Shown here piece by piece: positions 24,801-30,774 of a DNA stretch of 30,774 nt (its first letter is position 1; each line of letters begins with the position of its first letter). A program made the translations under genes and the position numbers. A model generated the notes under the pieces. It did not search any database. It was not told where the DNA came from and saw only the letters and a list, made by a program, of their open reading frames with translations. The DNA comes from a virus (Duplodnaviria; Caudoviricetes). Location of the stretch: positions 1 through 30,774 of the IMG/VR virus record IMGVR_UViG_3300023053_000231. One strand, given 5' to 3'.

Positions 24801-25564
24801 AGGTCCAGAAGGTGACGGGGCTGCTGGGGAACTACGCCACGCTGATGGCTGACGTTTCCACGCAGCTGATGACCGGCGACCTGTCGAGCTACCAGCAGCA
24901 GGCGCTGACCATCGAGCGCACCTACCGCCAGCAGGTGAAGTCGGCCAACGACTACGCCAAGGCGCTGGGCCTGTCCGGTGCGCGCGCTGAGGACCTGGCC
25001 AAGATCGAAGCCCTGCGGGCGATGAACATGGGCAAGTTGCAGGCGCAGATCGACAAGGACAAGAAGGCCATGCAGTACGGCCTGTCGATCAGCGACCTGT
25101 CGCCGCTGACGGACCAGGAGAAGCTGGGCGAGGCGATGAAGGAGCTGCAGCGGGCGGTGGCCGGTGGCGACACCAGCGCTGCTCAGTCAGCGGCCCAGGC
25201 GGCACTGGGCTTCGGTCGAAACCTGTATGCCAGCGGCAAGGACTACAACGGCCTGTACGACCAGGTAACCGGCCTGATCGACGGCATGAAGGTGGGTGAC
25301 CTGGACAAAGAGGACGGCACGAGCATGGGCCAACTGGCCGATGCAATCGAAGCGTTGCCGGACAACTTCAGCCGTGCCGTGTTCGACCTGGTGGTGAACA
25401 AGGACGCGCAATCGCAGACCACCACAGCAGTGCAGCAGGGCAATGCGCTGCTCGCCGAGCAGAACCAGCTGCTGCGGGATCTGCTGGCCACCACCACTCA
25501 GGGCGTTCGCACGTCCAGCAGCAGCGCGCTGCGCAACTCTCTCAACGCTGTATACGCGAGGTAA
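21860..25564 (+). CDS. Tail tape measure protein (1234 aa)
   Basis: MSLYTLTVDLLAKTASFEKDM N-terminus, long Ala-rich helices, Gly-rich central region. Confidence 0.92.
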   Translation: MSLYTLTVDLLAKTASFEKDMGKAERIAAQRSAQIQQTLSTLATTVGTALGTAAVAAGTAVATWTKEVSELALQYERFSQISGSTSQSFQRMAAGANVVGISHEKLADILKDVQDKIGDYVQTGGGAMADFFENIAKRTGVTAEQMRRLSGPDALGLYFSSLEKANLSQAEMTFYMEAIASDSAALIPLLRNSGNGFKQWGDAAEAAGAIISNDTAKAMGDLRRVTQEAELAFLGVKVQVAQGVIPTLTELNKLLHDPQSQDAMRSATNGITAFGKAAVDAAAGFGQLVISYTGWLKSKGFMPVSDGDSLDNLQARRGSLQNSLKNWKGIFSDDAKDKVKSELAEVDSLIAAFPFRGVSATVDSTASAPGQPLPYRPTGNIGKADRAKSDSEAKRRAEEIARYRQQAQEAAGAMEGPLAEAMSKHLGNMAEYNDLLAKGNIAQADANVLMGQSAMEYAKVAAEVEKATAGPEKLLATFDTELVMLGKAGRARELYRRQLVNEKDMRDELQKAVEAAGSRQALADAKGKASYEEYEQSMLAAAAAAAELSLQVEESAANVEALANIIVSGMADGVDAFADFVADGMRNFDDLWDGLKNAAKRGLRDMIAEIAKQKLIIPIQTQIMNGINGQGGGFSLDSLMALFGGNGSAAGGKNVSNVAGLLSKGQGLFGFGRSAGAASGSLTGFGDVTSMAGMTGSSFSGLIGGGSAGAGAGAASTAAAAVPIIGWIVAGMMKNAELFDQGWDIANGESWAGKIATAGAVGLADKGFRGLGFNDKTASILSGSSIHAKLFGRSAPKVTGQGITGDYGFGGFNGQSYADIKAKGGLFRSDKKWTQYGALDPGIDRTFDMAARQVRGAATDLAKQLGVDLSGQLAGVKVSLGKMQLSADSAEAKAQLEAYLADMTDRLFTEAVRAAGFGGQLDGYFEASDVFSALSASIALAVGNADELGRALSGMEVEKVNKAVDYFQDLASVAGTDLATQVQKVTGLLGNYATLMADVSTQLMTGDLSSYQQQALTIERTYRQQVKSANDYAKALGLSGARAEDLAKIEALRAMNMGKLQAQIDKDKKAMQYGLSISDLSPLTDQEKLGEAMKELQRAVAGGDTSAAQSAAQAALGFGRNLYASGKDYNGLYDQVTGLIDGMKVGDLDKEDGTSMGQLADAIEALPDNFSRAVFDLVVNKDAQSQTTTAVQQGNALLAEQNQLLRDLLATTTQGVRTSSSSALRNSLNAVYAR

Positions 25565-25570
25565 TCCGCA

Positions 25571-28408
25571 ATGCTGGCAAGGAAACTCACGCTGGTTGAA
25601 ATCGGCGTGGGCGCGCTGCCGTCCCCGTCTCCGGCGGCACCGCGCTACTCGACCTGGTTCCCGGTGGCCTACCGGCCGCCGGAGGTGCCGCCGGTGGACG
25701 GGGTTGTCCCCAACCCCGTTGCCGATGGTGTGCTGATCGAATGGAACCCGGTCGACCAGGCCGGGGTGATCTACGTCATCGAGCGCGGGCCGAGCCCGCA
25801 GGGGCCGTGGACGGAGATTTACCGGACCGTCGAAACCCGCTACCTCTACAGCGACGGCAGCGGCACGAAGTGGTGGTTTCGGATCACCCCGACCGTGCGC
25901 GGAAAGCCGGGCTCGGGCTCGGTGGTGGAGGCTACGCCGTCGCCGACCACGAACGACCTGATCGAGCAGCAGCAGCGGTTGGCCAAGGAGATTGCCGACC
26001 GCATCGAGGGGGACGCAGTCGAGGCCGCTGCCCGGGCCGACGGGCTGGCCGATGCTGCACGCGATCTGCTGGCCGAGGCGGCGCTGCGGCAGCAGGGCGT
26101 GTCGGACGCCATGGAAGCAATCACCCAGGAGGCGCAGCACCGAGCAGACGGCGACCTCAACGAACGACTGGCGCGCGAGGCCGCCATCACGCTGGAGGCC
26201 GAAACCCGCCAGAGCGACGTTGAATCGCTGTCGCGCGCGCTGTCTGAGATCGTGGCCGGCAGCGGCACGCAGTTCGATAGCCGGAAAATCTGGTACTTCG
26301 ACACCACGGCCGAGGGCTGGACCGGCAACGGGTCCGATCCCACTGTTATCGACGGCTGGCTGCGGCCGGCCAATGGCACCGAGGCACCATGGGTCCAGTC
26401 GCCGCCGGCGTTGGAGATCGACGGCAGCGCCTATCGCTTCGCCAAGCTGCGCGTGAAGCGAGTGGGCACGCCGGTGTGGAACGGCTACCTGCAGTGGATC
26501 ACGGCCGAGGACCAGAACTGGGACGTGGACAAGCGGGCGCCGATCCCCCAGCCCCTGTGGGATGACCATGGTGTGGCAACGGTCGACGTGGCGGACATTG
26601 CCTGGTGGCCGGGCGAGGTGGACGCAGTCCGCCTGCAGTTCGGCGATGAGCAGGCGGTGGCCAACTACTTCATGGTGGACTGGGTGGCCATCGGCCGGCC
26701 AACGCCGGGTGCAGGCGTGGCGCTGGTGCAGGAGGAAGCACGGGCGCGGGTCGCGGGTGACGTTGCCGAGGCGAGCAAGCGGGAAACGTTGGCTGCCCAG
26801 CTGCGTGGCGACTACGAAGGGACCGACCTGTCCCAGGTCGCCACCGGCTTGTTCGCGGCAGAGCGGGACGCACGCGTCAGTGCTGATGAGGCTTCGGCAA
26901 CGGCAATCGAGATCCTGCAGGCGCGCATGCCGGTGGGTGACGGGCCGCTGGCCACCGAGGCGAGCGTGACGGAAGAGCGCCAAGCGCGCGCTGATGGCGA
27001 TAGCGCCAACGCTGAGGCCATCGGGCGGGTGTCCGCGAGGATGCCCGCAGGAGACGGCGCTGTGGCCTCTGCGGAGGCACTGGACGCCGTTTCAGCACGC
27101 GTCGAAGAAACGGAGGACGGTGTCCGGGCAGTCGGCAATAGAACCTCGTCGCTCGAAGCCCAGATGACGTACAAGCACGCCGGCGACCGCGACTGGAACG
27201 CGGGGGATCGAAACGTATACGCAGGCGTCAAGACTTGGCAGTCGGTCATCGTGCAAGGCGATAAGGCCACCGCCAAGCAAGTGGAATCGGTGCGCGCCGA
27301 GTTGGGCGAGTTCGAGGCCAGTGCGACAAGGTCAATCGAGGTCATCGCCACGGAGCAGGCGGCCCAGGCGGTACAGGTCCAGCACCTCGGGGCCGAGCTG
27401 GACGGCAAGGCCTCAGCCGATTACGTCGAGGAGATCAGCGCCAGGGTTGAGGTAACCGAGCAGGGCATCGAAGCGGTCACCGGCCAGCTCACGTCGGTCA
27501 AGGCCGAGGTGGACGGCAAGGCCAGCGCACAAGTGGTTCAGGGCATGGAAGCCAGGGTGGTGCAGACCGAGGGAGGCCTGGCGCAAGTGATGGCCAAGGC
27601 ATTCCTGCACCTGATCGCGGACGCCGGCAATGGTCCGCTGGTCGGTGGCATGGAGCTGGGTAATGACGGCAACGTGGTCAGTCTGCGATTCCTGACCAAC
27701 AGCATGGAGATCGTCGCGCCCAACGGTGCTTCCGAGGGCATGGAGTGGCGTAACGGCTACCTGCGCGTCTGGAAGGGGGCGGCACAGCGAATCATTGGCC
27801 CTGGCTTCGGTGCCAATGGCGACAACCTGATCGACTACTTCGGCCCCAACGTCGGCGCTGCCGCCGCATCGAAGACCAATGCCATGATGTGGATGGACGC
27901 GAACGGCAGTGCGTACTTCGGCGGCCAGTTGTCGGCCGGCATTCTTCGCAACGCGGTTCAGACCACGACCACGCAGACCATCGGTACGGAGCTGGTCAAC
28001 GGTCCATTCGCAACCAACGGCCGCGTGCGCACAGTGACGGTCAGCTTCACCCGGCGTCACGAGCGGGTTCAGACCACGCTGGGTCCATCTGGCTTCGTGG
28101 CCGGTGCCGGGCAAAACACAGCACGCGTCGATATCTACCGCAAGATCGGCAACAACGCCGAATCGCTGTGGCAGGTGCTCAACGTTGGGGGCTCGGTGAA
28201 CATCATGAATGAGCCGGACGGGGCGGATCGCGCCGTGTCCAACTGGGGCGGATCGTTCACCGTGAACGACACCAGCCCTAGCTCTGAAACGATGCAGTAC
28301 CGCGCAGTTATCTCTGGCTTCACTGCCCAGGACGTGACCCACACATCCGGCACCTTCCAGCAGCAGACCATCACGCAAAGTCTCGCGGTGATCTCGGTCG
28401 AAAACTGA
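25571..28408 (+). CDS. Central tail fibre/host-specificity-like protein (Fn3, coiled coil, carbohydrate-binding-like insert, C-terminal beta domain)
   Basis: Fn3-like VLIEWNPV...YVIER...WWFRITP; WYFDTTAEGW...VDWVAIGR insert; long coiled coils; resembles the C-terminal half of lambda J-type proteins. Confidence 0.7.
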   Translation: MLARKLTLVEIGVGALPSPSPAAPRYSTWFPVAYRPPEVPPVDGVVPNPVADGVLIEWNPVDQAGVIYVIERGPSPQGPWTEIYRTVETRYLYSDGSGTKWWFRITPTVRGKPGSGSVVEATPSPTTNDLIEQQQRLAKEIADRIEGDAVEAAARADGLADAARDLLAEAALRQQGVSDAMEAITQEAQHRADGDLNERLAREAAITLEAETRQSDVESLSRALSEIVAGSGTQFDSRKIWYFDTTAEGWTGNGSDPTVIDGWLRPANGTEAPWVQSPPALEIDGSAYRFAKLRVKRVGTPVWNGYLQWITAEDQNWDVDKRAPIPQPLWDDHGVATVDVADIAWWPGEVDAVRLQFGDEQAVANYFMVDWVAIGRPTPGAGVALVQEEARARVAGDVAEASKRETLAAQLRGDYEGTDLSQVATGLFAAERDARVSADEASATAIEILQARMPVGDGPLATEASVTEERQARADGDSANAEAIGRVSARMPAGDGAVASAEALDAVSARVEETEDGVRAVGNRTSSLEAQMTYKHAGDRDWNAGDRNVYAGVKTWQSVIVQGDKATAKQVESVRAELGEFEASATRSIEVIATEQAAQAVQVQHLGAELDGKASADYVEEISARVEVTEQGIEAVTGQLTSVKAEVDGKASAQVVQGMEARVVQTEGGLAQVMAKAFLHLIADAGNGPLVGGMELGNDGNVVSLRFLTNSMEIVAPNGASEGMEWRNGYLRVWKGAAQRIIGPGFGANGDNLIDYFGPNVGAAAASKTNAMMWMDANGSAYFGGQLSAGILRNAVQTTTTQTIGTELVNGPFATNGRVRTVTVSFTRRHERVQTTLGPSGFVAGAGQNTARVDIYRKIGNNAESLWQVLNVGGSVNIMNEPDGADRAVSNWGGSFTVNDTSPSSETMQYRAVISGFTAQDVTHTSGTFQQQTITQSLAVISVEN

Positions 28409-28421
28409 AACAGCCCATAGC

Positions 28422-28447
28422 GCAGGCCGACAAGTTCGGCCTGCTTT
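28422..28447 (+). terminator. Hairpin/weak terminator between the fibre genes
   Basis: GCAGGCCGA-CAAGT-TCGGCCTGC followed by TTT. Confidence 0.5.
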
Positions 28448-28476
28448 GCCGTGGGCAATTCCAACAGGGAACACAC

Positions 28477-29793
28477 ATGCCGCAGAAATTCATCGATCAA
28501 ACGACCATCCAGCCAGATGGCAAGCCCGGGGACGACGCTTTCACCGCGTTTGAGATCTGCAACGACAACTTCCAAGATGCTGAGGCGCGGCTGGTGGCGT
28601 TGGAGGCAGGCGGTGGAGAGACGGGCGACCGCTTGGACAACGAGATCTCCGTGCGCACAGCAGCAGACGCTGCACTCGGTGCCCGCATCGATGCCGCAAA
28701 TGACCGCATCACTGCCGTTGATGCAACGGCCGCTACTGCACAAGCCACTGCAGAGGGAAAGGTCAGCAAAGCAGGCGATACGATCAGTGGCGACCTCTAT
28801 GTCAAGAGTGCGCTGGTAACCGGGACGCCAGGGAACGCGCAGCTTACCGTCGCCAGCGACTTGACGACCACCTACATTGAAAGCATCCGCCGAGACGTGA
28901 GCCCTGGGCAGCGGCGAAATCTGAATTTGTATGGGCAGGACATGGGGTTTACCGGCAACACCATCAATTTCCAACCCAACACGAACACCAACCGAACCCG
29001 TTTCATCACCGATGGAGCGAACATGCAGCTGCAGGCGATCAATGCCTCAGCGAACGCCTTTTCACCGATGTTGATTAAGGGCAATGAAGTCCAATTGCAT
29101 CACAACGATGGCATTGGCTTGAAGGTCATGCCAGGAGTGGTCGAAGGGCAGGATTTTCACCAGTTCCGCCAGTATCGCAGCAACATGAATCCTGGTAATG
29201 GCTCTTACAGCTTCTCGTTCATGTCGTCTGGCAACTTTGGCGGTGGCTACGCAATTCAGGACGGCAACACATCTGGTGGCATGTGGATGGCTGGAGGTGC
29301 GCTCCAATGGGGTGCCGCCAACGGGCTCGGCAGCATCGAAGGGAAGATGACGCTTGGGCAAGATGGCGTGTTGTCGGCGCGTGGGTTCAACAACACTTCT
29401 TCGGCTGACGTAAAGGACTACATCGAAGGTCACGTGGGCGATGCTGACATTCTCCTTGATCGTCTGGTAGTGATCGACTATCGCTATCGCCCTGAGTATT
29501 CCAAGGACGACAAAAGGTATGTTGGCCTGCTTGCGGAGAACGTTCGGGACGTTCTGCCGTCAGCGGTAGGGGGTGGGTATACGTACGAAACCAAGACACC
29601 CGTGGTCGATGAAGACGGTGAAGTTTCTTCCTACTTGACTGAGGAATGTGCAGTTCCGCTCAACATCGACCCGATGCAGATTCTGGCAATCAGCGTGCGC
29701 TCCCACCAGCAGAAGAACCGGCGCATCAAACAGTTGGAAGAGCAGATGGTTGCGTTGCTGGCCCGGCTGGCGGCGCTGGAAGCCGGGGCATAA
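28477..29793 (+). CDS. Tail fibre/spike with C-terminal intramolecular chaperone (peptidase S74-like)
   Basis: N-terminal GDDAFTAFEICNDNF anchor motif, KVSKAGDTISGDL fibre motif, SSADVKDYIE...YRY...VGLLAE...LPSAV and terminal coiled coil. Confidence 0.85.
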   Translation: MPQKFIDQTTIQPDGKPGDDAFTAFEICNDNFQDAEARLVALEAGGGETGDRLDNEISVRTAADAALGARIDAANDRITAVDATAATAQATAEGKVSKAGDTISGDLYVKSALVTGTPGNAQLTVASDLTTTYIESIRRDVSPGQRRNLNLYGQDMGFTGNTINFQPNTNTNRTRFITDGANMQLQAINASANAFSPMLIKGNEVQLHHNDGIGLKVMPGVVEGQDFHQFRQYRSNMNPGNGSYSFSFMSSGNFGGGYAIQDGNTSGGMWMAGGALQWGAANGLGSIEGKMTLGQDGVLSARGFNNTSSADVKDYIEGHVGDADILLDRLVVIDYRYRPEYSKDDKRYVGLLAENVRDVLPSAVGGGYTYETKTPVVDEDGEVSSYLTEECAVPLNIDPMQILAISVRSHQQKNRRIKQLEEQMVALLARLAALEAGA

Positions 29794-29841
29794 CCGCGGC
29801 CCTCACGCCGCCGCAACGCGTGCTGCGGCCAGATTGCGGCC

Positions 29842-30774
29842 ATGTGCTATTCCGCCCAAATCGAAGCCGCCTACCAGAAGCTGGTCCGCATGACCGGTGC
29901 CACTGTGTCGCTGCAGGAATTCGCCGCGCTCTACGCCCATGACCCGGGCAAGAAGCGGCCGAAGACCCCGAAGGCGATGGACGACGCATTCCGGGCCGGC
30001 ACCAGTTCGGCAGAGCGGGCCGTGTGGGCGGAGATCCAGCAGTGGAACCAGGCCGAGGCCAGCATCTTGGAGCAGGAGCTTTTCGCCAACCGGAAGCGCC
30101 TGGCCGATGCTGAGCGATCGCTGCAGGCCAAGGAGACGAAGAAGGCCCGGGAAGACGTGCGCATCGCTGGGAACAAGATCGAGCGCGCGATGGTAAAGCT
30201 GGCCGACCTCAAGCGCGCCGAGAACAAGGACCGGGACAGCCGGATCTTCCCCGGAGTCTACGCACCGGTGATTGTTTCCGAAGGCGGCAAGCTGACGATC
30301 AAGCCGATGCGCTATCAGTGCCGACTGGCCGGCAAGCCAGCCAACTACGACCAGCGTTTCCCCGGCACCTACAACGCCCGCCGAGACAGCCTGGAGAAGT
30401 TCTGGGCGCCAGCCTTCGGCCACACCCACGGCTTGATGGTGGTCGATACCTTCTACGAGAACGTGGAGGGGCCGGACGGCAAGAACCAGGTCGTGCAGTT
30501 CACCCCGCGCACGCGCGAGCCGATGCTGGTGGCCTGCCTGTGGTCGCATTGGGTGGACCCGGCCGGCAAGGAGCCGGATCTACTGTCGTTTGCCGCGATC
30601 ACCGACGACCCGGAACCCGAGGTGGCCGCCGCCGGCCACGACCGGACGATCATCAACATCAAGCCCGAGCACGTCGACGCCTGGCTGAACCCTGATCCTG
30701 CCGACCTCGCGGCGCTATACCGGATCTTTGACGACAAGCGGCACCCGTTCTACGAGCACCGCCTGGCGGCCTGA
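29842..30774 (+). CDS. SOS response-associated peptidase (SRAP/HMCES-YedK family), long form with coiled-coil insert
   Basis: N-terminal M-C(2), TYNARRDSL, FYE, SFAAITD, GHDR. Confidence 0.88.
   Translation: MCYSAQIEAAYQKLVRMTGATVSLQEFAALYAHDPGKKRPKTPKAMDDAFRAGTSSAERAVWAEIQQWNQAEASILEQELFANRKRLADAERSLQAKETKKAREDVRIAGNKIERAMVKLADLKRAENKDRDSRIFPGVYAPVIVSEGGKLTIKPMRYQCRLAGKPANYDQRFPGTYNARRDSLEKFWAPAFGHTHGLMVVDTFYENVEGPDGKNQVVQFTPRTREPMLVACLWSHWVDPAGKEPDLLSFAAITDDPEPEVAAAGHDRTIINIKPEHVDAWLNPDPADLAALYRIFDDKRHPFYEHRLAA

Larger units (their letters stand above)
1..30774. mobile_element. Lambdoid/HK97-like siphovirus prophage (partial; extends beyond left edge)
   Basis: Contiguous order of immunity, replication, Q, lysis, packaging, head and tail modules. 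No host housekeeping gene seen. Confidence 0.95.

Noticed and set aside
28409-29841. Tail-fibre invertible cassette (shufflon)
   Set aside because: No invertase, no inverted crossover sites and no alternative fibre 3' ends on the opposite strand.
1-30774. Integrase, att sites, tRNA, IS elements, recognisable defence systems
   Set aside because: None recognisable in the window; intergenic gaps are too short for large ncRNAs.

Overview
High-GC (roughly two-thirds by eye) window that is almost entirely one lambdoid/HK97-type temperate siphovirus prophage. Gene style suggests a Xanthomonadaceae host such as Stenotrophomonas (inference only). Left to right: three small leftward early genes; an immunity switch (pL with two operators, a repressor without a C-terminal S24 autoprotease plus an overlapping companion gene, three oR operators ATAGC-N3-GCTAT, divergent and apparently leaderless cI/cro, and a two-HTH Cro); CII-like, replication (with iteron origin), Ref-like nuclease and Q-like antiterminator genes; a lysis cassette (holin, SAR endolysin, an extra small membrane gene, Rz/Rz1); HNH-cos-terminase-portal-ClpP protease-major capsid; neck/tail genes with a -1 frameshifted tail chaperone; an unusual tail-tip arrangement (SPRY-fused hub-like and Dit-like genes placed BEFORE the tape measure, with a lipoprotein moron between them); an Fn3/coiled-coil central fibre; a chaperone-bearing tail fibre; and a SRAP gene at the right end. 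No integrase, att site, tRNA, rRNA, CRISPR or IS element was seen, and the prophage continues left of the window. Main leads: the non-self-cleaving repressor plus overlapping partner, the rearranged and possibly split tail-tip module, an antisense dual-coded gene after cro, an acidic 52-aa-repeat protein after the capsid gene, and the lipoprotein/tape-measure 5' module. All family assignments come from motif recognition by eye, not database searches.
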